Origin: an uncultured Nitratifractor sp. | Lineage (GTDB): Bacteria > Campylobacterota > Campylobacteria > Campylobacterales > Sulfurovaceae | Assembly (NCBI GenBank): GCA_964393855.1 | Contig: CAYMUV010000001.1 | Coordinates: 1 to 26,726, forward strand | Length of the DNA stretch: 26,726 bases | Reading direction: 5' to 3' | In this document: one piece after another, positions 1 through 7,432 of the stretch | Numbering within the stretch: the stretch's first letter is position 1 | Layout of the letters: each line of letters starts with the position of its first letter | The notes under the pieces: model-generated | Seen by the model: only the letters and a program-made list of their open reading frames with translations | The model's database searches: none | Told to the model about the DNA's origin: nothing | Position numbers and translations under genes: made by a program

Positions 1-2
1 AG

Positions 3-677
3 GCACAACTTAGAGGCTATAAAATTGGTAGATTTAGCTTTAATGTAAAAGGTGGTAGATGCGAAAAGTGCCAAGGAGAAGGAAAAATCAAAATAGAGAT
101 GCACTTTTTACCAGATGTATTAGTAGAGTGCGATGCATGTGAAGGAACAAGATACAACGAGCAAACACTAGAGGTAGAGTATAAAGGTAAAAATATATCG
201 CAAGTACTTAATATGAGTGTGCTAGAGGCGATGGAGTTTTTTAAAGCAATACCAGCTATCGCAATAAAACTAAAAACACTTATTGATGTTGGATTAGAGT
301 ATATAACACTAGGGCAAAATGCTACAACGCTAAGTGGAGGTGAAGCACAAAGAATAAAACTAGCTAAAGAGTTAAGTCGAAAAGATACAGGCAAAACTCT
401 ATATATACTAGATGAGCCAACAACAGGCTTACACTTTGCAGATGTAGATAGATTAACAGGAGTTCTTAGACACTTAGTAGAGGTAGGAAATTCCGTAGTA
501 GTAATAGAGCATAACCTAGATATGGTAAAAAATGCCGACTATATAATAGATATGGGACCAGAAGGCGGCGATAAAGGTGGTAAAATAATCGCAACAGGCA
601 CACCACTAGAGTTAGCAAAAAATTATAAAAAGAGCAAAAGTTACACAGGCGAGTATCTAGCAAAAGAGATTTTATAA
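3..677 (+). CDS. uvrA: Excinuclease ABC subunit A, C-terminal part (5' end outside window)
   Basis: The frame is open from base 3 ([27 protein letters not shown]...[12 protein letters not shown], zinc finger), followed by [24 protein letters not shown] and VIEHNLD motifs of the UvrA second ABC domain. Confidence 0.97.
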   Translation, partial: AQLRGYKIGRFSFNVKGGRCEKCQGEGKIKIEMHFLPDVLVECDACEGTRYNEQTLEVEYKGKNISQVLNMSVLEAMEFFKAIPAIAIKLKTLIDVGLEYITLGQNATTLSGGEAQRIKLAKELSRKDTGKTLYILDEPTTGLHFADVDRLTGVLRHLVEVGNSVVVIEHNLDMVKNADYIIDMGPEGGDKGGKIIATGTPLELAKNYKKSKSYTGEYLAKEIL

Positions 678-680
678 TTT

Positions 681-689
681 TGCTATAAT
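681..689 (+). promoter_or_regulatory. Extended -10 promoter element (TGCTATAAT) upstream of znuC
   Basis: Perfect TGnTATAAT lies 4 nt after the uvrA stop, with AAGGA SD at 696-700 and ATG at 706. Confidence 0.6.
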
Positions 690-705
690 AATAAAAAGGA
701 TTTAA

Positions 706-1449
706 ATGAAGCTATTAGAGGTAAAAGATTTATATTATAAATATAGAAAAGATTTTGTCTTAGATAATATAAACTTTACTGTAAATAGTGGAGATTTTTT
801 TGCAATTACAGGTCCTAATGGTGGTGGAAAATCTACTTTAATTAAAAATATTCTAGGAATTTTAAAACCTACGAAGGGCAAGTTAGAGTTATCTTACGAA
901 GTTAAGAATGGTTTAGATATTGGCTATGTGCCTCAAAATACAAATATAAATTTAGAGTTTCCAATAACTGTATTAGATGTTGTTATGATGGGAAATGGAG
1001 CTAAACATAAAAGATTAAACACTCTACTTAGCTTTAAATATAGTAAATTAGAGATAGAGTGCGCAAAGCATAGCTTAGAAAAGGTGGGTATGGGTGAGTT
1101 TTTGCATACCAAAATAGCAAATCTATCTGGAGGTCAGCGCCAAAGAGTTATGATTGCAAGAGCTATCTGTTCGCATCCAAAACTTTTAATTTTAGATGAG
1201 CCTACTTCTAGTATTGATGTAAATGGACAAAAAGAGATATATACTCTACTTAAAAAATTAAACGAAACTATTACAATCATAGTAGTTACACACGATTTAA
1301 CTGTAATATCTAAATATGCAAATAGAGTACTTTATATTAACAGAAGTGGCTATATGCACGAAATTAACTCTAATAAATTCACACTAAACGAAAAAGAGCA
1401 CTTTTGCGAAGTAGAGCTAATGCAGATGTTAGGAGAGAAAAATGGGTGA
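706..1449 (+). CDS. znuC: Metal (Zn/Mn) ABC transporter ATP-binding protein
   Basis: Walker A GPNGGGKST, Q-loop YVPQ, signature LSGGQ, Walker B LLILDEP and H-loop VTHD; overlaps a ZnuB-type permease. Confidence 0.88.
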   Translation: MKLLEVKDLYYKYRKDFVLDNINFTVNSGDFFAITGPNGGGKSTLIKNILGILKPTKGKLELSYEVKNGLDIGYVPQNTNINLEFPITVLDVVMMGNGAKHKRLNTLLSFKYSKLEIECAKHSLEKVGMGEFLHTKIANLSGGQRQRVMIARAICSHPKLLILDEPTSSIDVNGQKEIYTLLKKLNETITIIVVTHDLTVISKYANRVLYINRSGYMHEINSNKFTLNEKEHFCEVELMQMLGEKNG

Positions 1450-2248
1450 TATACTACAATATACTTTTATTCAAAATGCACTAATGGCAGCTGTTATGGT
1501 TAGTATAATAACAGGGGTTGTAGGCAGCCTTATATCTGTAAATAAAATGACCTTTTTAGCAGGGGGCATTGCACATAGCTCTTATGGTGGAATAGGTTTA
1601 GCTATATATTTTGGCTTACCAATATTCTTAGGAGCATCTGTTTTTGCTACACTTAGTGCTATTGTTATTGCACTTATTAGTTTTAATCAGCGAGAGAGAG
1701 TAGATATATTTATTGGTGTTATATGGGCTGTTGGTATGGCAATTGGTATTATATTTGTAGATTTAACAAGTGGATACAATGTAGATTTAATGAGTTATCT
1801 ATTTGGCTCTATATTGGCAGTAGATTATAACGACTTAACTTTTATGGGAATATTATTAGTTGTTGTAGTACTTTTTATTCATATATTTTATAGAGAAATT
1901 TTAGCAGTATCTTACGATAGCGAATATGCAAGTTTGCGAGGCATTAATTCTAAAGGTTTCTTTATAGCAATTTTAATACTTTCGGCTCTAACTGTTGTTG
2001 TTGCCATTAAGGTTGTAGGTTTAATTTTAGTAATTGCTCTTATGAGCATACCAACATATATAGCAGAACTTATAAGTAACTCGCTTTATGAGATGATGAT
2101 AAAAGCATCTATTATCTCAACTATTTTTACCATAACAGGTCTATTTATAAGTTACGAATTCGATATAACCTCTGGAGCTTCTATTATTATGACATCTGCT
2201 ATATCGATGTTACTTTTTTTAATTTTTAAAAAAGTAAAAGCTGCTTAA
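1442..2248 (+). CDS. znuB: Metal ABC transporter permease (ABC-3 family)
   Basis: Hydrophobic; ABC-3 motifs IAHSSYGGIG, YLFGSILAV, SYDSEYASLRG and VVGLILVIALMSIP; 8-nt overlap with znuC. Confidence 0.9.
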   Translation: MGDILQYTFIQNALMAAVMVSIITGVVGSLISVNKMTFLAGGIAHSSYGGIGLAIYFGLPIFLGASVFATLSAIVIALISFNQRERVDIFIGVIWAVGMAIGIIFVDLTSGYNVDLMSYLFGSILAVDYNDLTFMGILLVVVVLFIHIFYREILAVSYDSEYASLRGINSKGFFIAILILSALTVVVAIKVVGLILVIALMSIPTYIAELISNSLYEMMIKASIISTIFTITGLFISYEFDITSGASIIMTSAISMLLFLIFKKVKAA

Positions 2249-2253
2249 TATTT

Positions 2254-2285
2254 TTCACCATTTCTTCACGCTTTTTATATAGTAT
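2254..2285 (+). promoter_or_regulatory. Direct repeat TTCAC-N6-TTCAC followed 10 nt later by -10-like TAGTAT (candidate OmpR/PhoB-family site)
   Basis: TTCAC at 2254-2258 and 2265-2269 (11-bp period), TAGTAT at 2280-2285 and SD AAGGAG at 2303-2308. The same geometry recurs at 7385-7416 on the minus strand. Confidence 0.5.
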
Positions 2286-2313
2286 TGCAATATATAAATA
2301 TTAAGGAGCAATA

Positions 2314-3162
2314 ATGAAAAGAGTAATTTTACTATTAACTATATTTGCAGCATATGCATTTGGATTTAACTATAATGGCACTTGGATAAACAGAAGCGAC
2401 TCTAGCTATAACGACCCTATTAAATTAGAGATAGAAGGTACAAGAGTACGCCCTAGCATACAAAGAGGGGCAAAAGTATTTACACTAAAGAGCAAACAAG
2501 CTACACAACTTCAATCTGGACTATACGAAGCTTGGGGTTTTGGACCAAAAAATTTAGTACTATATATAAGACCTATAAATAGCAATAAAATAAAAGTTGT
2601 AGAGAAAAAAATCTATACAAATAAGAAAAAGGTTTATACTAAAAGTTTTATCTTTACAAAAAATAGACCAATTCAGAGCATAAGAAAAAGATATATCGGT
2701 AAATTTAGAAGTACTAGCAGATTTAGTGCACTCTCAAGAGTAGTTATAAGAGATGTAGATGGCAAACTATTTGTTAGAGCTTGGAGAAAAACCAGAAATG
2801 GTATAAAACCTTTAGGTGTAGCTAGAGCAAAGCTATATGGTAATAAATTGCACATCTCTTGGAATAGAAGAGGCTTAGTAGTAAATGCTACAATTAGAGG
2901 CTATAACTACAATTCTAGCAATAATAGATTTAGAAATTTAGAGCTAAATTTAAAAGCAACTAATCTAAATAGTGGTTTAACTAATAGGCAAACTATACAA
3001 CTAAAAAGAGGTGTAACACCAATGCCAAAAAGAGAGATTTACTCAAGACCAATAAATAAACCTATGCCTAAACCAATATATACAGCACCAAATCCAAGAT
3101 TAATTCATAAAAGAGTTAAAATTGGACCTGTAGATGTTAATTTAATGATAAATGGATATTAA
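2314..3162 (+). CDS. Exported, highly basic hypothetical protein (probably two beta-rich domains plus a Pro-rich tail)
   Basis: Strong SD; Sec signal MKRVILLLTIFAAYAFG; about 57 K+R versus 11 D+E by hand count; PMPK occurs twice in the tail. No family recognised. Confidence 0.8.
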   Translation: MKRVILLLTIFAAYAFGFNYNGTWINRSDSSYNDPIKLEIEGTRVRPSIQRGAKVFTLKSKQATQLQSGLYEAWGFGPKNLVLYIRPINSNKIKVVEKKIYTNKKKVYTKSFIFTKNRPIQSIRKRYIGKFRSTSRFSALSRVVIRDVDGKLFVRAWRKTRNGIKPLGVARAKLYGNKLHISWNRRGLVVNATIRGYNYNSSNNRFRNLELNLKATNLNSGLTNRQTIQLKRGVTPMPKREIYSRPINKPMPKPIYTAPNPRLIHKRVKIGPVDVNLMINGY

Positions 3163-3189
3163 TAGTAACTACTTAATTTACTATTTTTT
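3161..3189 (+). terminator. Putative intrinsic terminator after the 282-aa gene
   Basis: Stem AATAGTAA (3161-3168) pairs with TTACTATT (3178-3185) around a 9-nt loop, followed by a T run. The stem is AT-rich and weak. A second hairpin CTTTGGGC/GCTCAAAG follows at 3193-3213. Confidence 0.45.
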
Positions 3190-3218
3190 AAACTTTGGGC
3201 TCTTTGCTCAAAGCTTTA

Positions 3219-3227
3219 TGTTATAAT
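3219..3227 (+). promoter_or_regulatory. Extended -10 element (TGTTATAAT) for the 102-aa gene
   Basis: Perfect TGnTATAAT 25 nt upstream of ATG 3253, with AAAGG SD in between. Confidence 0.55.
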
Positions 3228-3252
3228 TTTATAAACTTAATAAAGGTAAATT

Positions 3253-3561
3253 ATGGCATATCAAGAACCAAAAGCAAATAAAGGTAGAGCGCTACTTAGA
3301 ATAGATGCTAAAATAGAATCTACAGATGATGGTTTTTTAATTAAAATCTCTAACAGCGAAACTGGTGAAAAAGTAGAAGTTGATAATGTTAGAGATTATG
3401 CAGAGTATCTTGTAGATAGCGTAAATAAGTCTGCTTGCGACGATTTTGTAGCAAATTGGCTACCATCTCCAAATGCAAAAAGAGCCGATATAGACTTAAT
3501 AGGTATGCAACTTGGAATGATGCAAGAGTGGATGGATAAAGAGCTAAAGTTAGAAGATTAA
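3253..3561 (+). CDS. Hypothetical acidic cytoplasmic protein (102 aa)
   Basis: Own promoter and SD, fills the gap between convergent genes, globular composition. No family recognised. Confidence 0.75.
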   Translation: MAYQEPKANKGRALLRIDAKIESTDDGFLIKISNSETGEKVEVDNVRDYAEYLVDSVNKSACDDFVANWLPSPNAKRADIDLIGMQLGMMQEWMDKELKLED

Positions 3562-3580
3562 GCTTTTTCTAATCTTCTAA
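3550..3580. repeat. 11-bp perfect inverted repeat formed by the last codons of two convergent genes
   Basis: TTAGAAGATTA (3550-3560) and TAATCTTCTAA (3570-3580) with a 9-nt loop; both genes end TTA GAA GAT TA(A/G) = LED*. Confidence 0.85.
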
Positions 3581-4861
3581 GCGAACTCTTACGCTTTTTG
3601 CATGAGCTGTTAAACCTTCGGTATCTGCAATTAGAGCACACTCTTTGCCAATAGCTTTAATCCCTTTTTGGCTAAAGTTTATAATTGAGCTTTTCTTTAA
3701 AAAATGCTCTACACTTAGTGGAGAGTAGAATTTTGCAGTACCTCCTGTTGGTAAGGTATGGTTTGGACCTGCAATATAGTCTCCTATAGGTTCTGGTGTA
3801 TATTCGCCTAAGAATATTGCACCTGCGTGTTTAATGCTATCTAATAACTCCATAGGCTCTTTTGTAACTACTTCTAAGTGCTCTGGTGCTATTTGATTCA
3901 TTAAATCTATTGCCTCTTGCATACTCTTAGTTACAATAATTGCACCTCTTTCATCTATAGATTTTCTAGCAATCTCTTCTCTGCTTAACTCGCCAAGGTA
4001 CTCTTCTACTTTTAGGCTTACATCTTTAGCTAACTCTTCGCTTGTAGTAATTAAGATAGAGCTTGCCATCTCATCGTGTTCTGCTTGGCTTAATAAATCT
4101 ATAGCCAAATAGTTAGCTTTAGCACTCTCATCTGCTAAAATACCTATTTCGCTAGGTCCTGCAATCATATCTATATTAACTTCGCCATAAACTAACTTTT
4201 TAGCAGTTGCAACAAAAATATTACCTGGACCTGTTATAACATCTACCTTTGGAATTGTTTCTGTCCCATAAGCCATTGCTCCAATAGCCGAAGCTCCACC
4301 AACTTTAAATAGATTTTTAACTTTACACAAATGGCACGCTGCAAGCAAAAGCTCATTTAACTCATTATCTGGAGCTGGGGTACAAACTACAATCTCTTCT
4401 ACACCAGCTACAAGTGCTGGAATAACATTCATTAAAAGCGAACTTGGATATGCTGCTTTTCCTCCAGGAATATATAGTCCTGCCCTATCAACTGGTGTTA
4501 CTTTTTGCCCTAAAATTGTGCCATTTTCGTCGCTATCCATCCAAGTTTTTGGCATAAGCTTTTTGTGGTAATCTTCTATTCTGTCATAAGCTAAATGTAA
4601 AGCATCTCTAAGATTTGCATCTATTGAGTCATAAGCTATTTTCATATCTTCTGCTTTAACTTGCAGTTGACTATCCTCTTTAGGCTCCCATCTATCAAAT
4701 CTTGCAATTTGACTTCTTAGTGCCTTATTACCATCTGTTTGTATCTCTTTTAATAACGAAGAGACTATCGAACTTACACCCTCTATATCCATTTTACCAC
4801 GATTTAAAAGCTCTTTAAAATCCTCTTTAAAGTTGCTATCATCTGTTTTAATAATTTTCAT
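3569..4861 (-). CDS. hisD: Histidinol dehydrogenase
   Basis: Motifs GLYIPGGKAAYPSS, DVITGPGN, IDMIAGPSE, QAEHD, APEHLE and GDYIAGPNHTLPTGG. Confidence 0.97.
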   Translation of the reverse strand: MKIIKTDDSNFKEDFKELLNRGKMDIEGVSSIVSSLLKEIQTDGNKALRSQIARFDRWEPKEDSQLQVKAEDMKIAYDSIDANLRDALHLAYDRIEDYHKKLMPKTWMDSDENGTILGQKVTPVDRAGLYIPGGKAAYPSSLLMNVIPALVAGVEEIVVCTPAPDNELNELLLAACHLCKVKNLFKVGGASAIGAMAYGTETIPKVDVITGPGNIFVATAKKLVYGEVNIDMIAGPSEIGILADESAKANYLAIDLLSQAEHDEMASSILITTSEELAKDVSLKVEEYLGELSREEIARKSIDERGAIIVTKSMQEAIDLMNQIAPEHLEVVTKEPMELLDSIKHAGAIFLGEYTPEPIGDYIAGPNHTLPTGGTAKFYSPLSVEHFLKKSSIINFSQKGIKAIGKECALIADTEGLTAHAKSVRVRLED

Positions 4862-5738
4862 CTATATCTCCATATTTTCTTCTATATCTATCTAGCATTG
4901 TACTATTACCAAGTAAACCACCTTGATGAATATACACCAAATTAGAATTAAGTAAATTATTATCTAATAGAGTAATCCATCCTTTAGGGTCATATAAAAG
5001 ATCAAACTCTAAATTTAACTCTTGTCGTAATTCTAACCAAATATGATAAAACTCTTTATATAGTTTACCAAAATGGTACTTTTTTTTGCTATCTATAATT
5101 ATAGGAAAGTAATCTTTAGACTCCTCTAACTCTAAAAATTGCTCTATTAAATACTCTTTAGTGCCAACAGTTGGCGAAGTATATACCCTAAAATTATCAG
5201 CCTTTTCTAGCTTTAAGGCTTTGGATAAAAAAAGTGCTGTTGCTCCTGTACCAGATGGTAAAAAAATATTGTATAATCTATCTCTTCCTAACTGCTTAAT
5301 TAACTCAATAGCTAACTCTTTAACTCCTACAAATGCCTCTTTTTGAGCAATGCCTTCTTTAATAAATAGTGTATTGCTATCTTTTTTCATATTGCTATAT
5401 CCCTCATGCAAAATCATTCCATTATCAAGTGCCATTTTAAAATTGCCTTGGGGATTAGATATTAAATAATCAGAAATATGGTTAGCATAGTAGTAAAATT
5501 TAAGATTAAAAACCTTAGCAAAATAAGAGAGCGAATACATTGCATTTGATTGTATAGAGCCATAAGAGCTAATTGAATCAATATTATTTGGCAGATTATT
5601 TAAGTAGTAAAGAATTTTTCTTGCTTTATTGCCAGATAACTCTTTGTGTATTAAGTCATCTCGTTTTAAAAAAAAATTTATACCTCTAAAGTTATATTTT
5701 TCGATTGGTGTTGGGGTATTAAATTCTATATTTTTCAA
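4848..5738 (-). CDS. PLP-dependent enzyme, ACC deaminase/D-cysteine desulfhydrase family
   Basis: LKRDDLIH..LSGNKARK (PLP lysine), YGSIQSNA, LPSGTGAT and IHQGG. The likely start is TTG at 5738 behind AAGG; the ORF track extends to 5783. Its 3' end overlaps the hisD start and carries the hisD SD (GGAG). Confidence 0.85.
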   Translation of the reverse strand: MKNIEFNTPTPIEKYNFRGINFFLKRDDLIHKELSGNKARKILYYLNNLPNNIDSISSYGSIQSNAMYSLSYFAKVFNLKFYYYANHISDYLISNPQGNFKMALDNGMILHEGYSNMKKDSNTLFIKEGIAQKEAFVGVKELAIELIKQLGRDRLYNIFLPSGTGATALFLSKALKLEKADNFRVYTSPTVGTKEYLIEQFLELEESKDYFPIIIDSKKKYHFGKLYKEFYHIWLELRQELNLEFDLLYDPKGWITLLDNNLLNSNLVYIHQGGLLGNSTMLDRYRRKYGDIDENY

Positions 5739-5793
5739 AAATAGCCTTAAAAATTTATAATAGCACGAAGATAACCGTGCCATATAAAGTTTA

Positions 5794-6870
5794 TTAGAAT
5801 TTATCTATGCAGTTTAACTCTTCGAAAGCTTTTATTACTCTATCTCTCATAGACTCTTCGCCTGCTCTTAGCCATTTTCTTGGGTCATAGTAACCTTTGT
5901 TTGGTTTATCTTCGCCATCAGGGTTACCAATTTGAGATTGCAAGTAGTCTCTATTTTTAGCTTCGTACTCTCTAACACCATTCCAGAATGCCCATTGAGT
6001 ATCTGTATCTATATTCATTTTTATAACACCATAACTAATAGCCTCTTTAATCTCTTCCGAACTAGAGCCACTACCACCATGGAAGACAAACTCTACAGGC
6101 TTATCTTCGTCTAAGCCCTCTTGCTCTTTTATATATTTTTGAGAGTTATCTAAAATTTTAGGCTCTAATTGAACATTACCAGGTTTATAAACACCATGCA
6201 CATTACCAAAACTAGCAGCAATTGTAAAGTTATCACTAATTGCTTTTAATCTTTTATATGCAGTATAAACCTCTTCTGGTTGTGTATAGAGTGCTGCATT
6301 ATCTACATCAGAATTATCTACACCATCCTCTTCGCCACCTGTAATTCCAAGCTCAATCTCTAAAGATAGACCAATTTCGCTCATCTTTTTTAAATACTCT
6401 TCGCAGGTAGCTAAATTCTCTTCTAAAGGCTCTTCTGAAAGGTCAATCATATGAGAACTAAATAGTGGTCTATTGTATACTTTAAAGTACTCTCTACTAA
6501 CATCTATTAAACCATCTATCCAAGGTAAAAGCTTCCTTGCAGCGTGGTCAGTATGTAAAATAACTGGTACATTATAGAGTTTTGCAAGTGCATGTACATG
6601 GCTAGCACCACTAACAGCACCTGTAACTGCGGCTTCTACGCCACTTAAAGATTTACCAGCATAAAAGCTAGCTCCACCATTGCTAAATTGTATAATAACT
6701 GGAGAATTAACTTTTGAAGCTGCCTCTAAAACTGCATTAATAGAGTCTGTTCCAACAACATTTACTGCTGGAATAGCAAAGTTATTATCTTTTGCAAACT
6801 TATAAAGTTTTTTTAAATCCTCGCCCCAAACTACACCAGACTCTACAAAATCAGAGATTTTTTGGCTCAC
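5794..6870 (-). CDS. fba: Class II fructose-bisphosphate aldolase
   Basis: Motifs ILHTDH, HMIDLSEE, EIELGITGGEED, FGNVHG, FHGGSG and KMNIDT; GTG start behind AAGGA. Confidence 0.97.
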   Translation of the reverse strand: MSQKISDFVESGVVWGEDLKKLYKFAKDNNFAIPAVNVVGTDSINAVLEAASKVNSPVIIQFSNGGASFYAGKSLSGVEAAVTGAVSGASHVHALAKLYNVPVILHTDHAARKLLPWIDGLIDVSREYFKVYNRPLFSSHMIDLSEEPLEENLATCEEYLKKMSEIGLSLEIELGITGGEEDGVDNSDVDNAALYTQPEEVYTAYKRLKAISDNFTIAASFGNVHGVYKPGNVQLEPKILDNSQKYIKEQEGLDEDKPVEFVFHGGSGSSSEEIKEAISYGVIKMNIDTDTQWAFWNGVREYEAKNRDYLQSQIGNPDGEDKPNKGYYDPRKWLRAGEESMRDRVIKAFEELNCIDKF

Positions 6871-6880
6871 TAGCTATCCT

Positions 6881-7354
6881 TTATTTAACTATAATTTTTG
6901 CTCTTTTCATCATTTTATCTACAACTTTTTTCTGTCTAAGTTGCATTTTAATCATATTTTTAACTTTAGAAAATGGTACTAATTTTCCTTTTTTCATAAA
7001 TAGTTGCTTGTTATTATTATAAGCTTTTTTAGCTTCAGAATCAGTTACTTTTACACCTCTTGTTTTCTTCGCCATATAAGCATTTGCAATAACAAAATCT
7101 CTCTCTTTTTTAGATAAACTTTTATATGCTGTTTTAATTACTAATTTATCAACAGCCAATCTTTTAATAATCTCTTTTTTATCGCTTGGCTTTAATTGAT
7201 TATATGTAACTTTACCTCTAGTTAAAACTTTAACTAATTTATCAGCCTCTTTAAGTGTAATAGGGTAACCATTAACTGTACCTACTGTTTTAGCTGCAAC
7301 AGAAGTTGCTGCAAGTGTTGAAACTACTGCAAGTGTAGTAATAATTTTTTTCAT
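6881..7354 (-). CDS. Exported PEB4/SurA-like chaperone paralog lacking the parvulin PPIase domain
   Basis: Sec signal. VGTVNGYPIT, VTDSEAKKAYNNNKQLF and VPFSKVKNMIKMQLRQ align by eye with the N- and C-terminal chaperone segments of the adjacent PEB4; the HARHILV...FGYHVI region is absent. Confidence 0.8.
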   Translation of the reverse strand: MKKIITTLAVVSTLAATSVAAKTVGTVNGYPITLKEADKLVKVLTRGKVTYNQLKPSDKKEIIKRLAVDKLVIKTAYKSLSKKERDFVIANAYMAKKTRGVKVTDSEAKKAYNNNKQLFMKKGKLVPFSKVKNMIKMQLRQKKVVDKMMKRAKIIVK

Positions 7355-7384
7355 TAAATCTCCTTAATATAAATTAATATCACA

Positions 7385-7416
7385 ATTATATATAAAATTT
7401 GTGAACAAATCGTAAA
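7385..7416 (-). promoter_or_regulatory. Direct repeat TTTAC-N6-TTCAC followed 10 nt later by TATAAT (candidate OmpR/PhoB-family site)
   Basis: The minus strand reads TTTAC GATTTG TTCAC AAATTTTATA TATAAT, with SD AAGGAG at 7365-7360 and ATG at 7354. Confidence 0.55.
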
Positions 7417-7432
7417 TAATGTCGTTTTGTCA

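Noticed and set aside
2314-3162. The exported protein after znuB as the missing ZnuA
   Set aside because: It has only two His, no TroA/ZnuA motifs, a beta-rich basic sequence and its own promoter-like region.
5668-5676. A9 homopolymer near the 5' end of the PLP enzyme gene as a phase-variation tract
   Set aside because: The frame is intact, A/T runs of 7-9 are common in this AT-rich window, and Campylobacterota contingency loci are mostly poly-G/C.
5739-5783. N-terminal extensions proposed by the ORF track (also 10427, 13724, 16213, 19892)
   Set aside because: Downstream starts fit SD spacing, promoter position or family length better.
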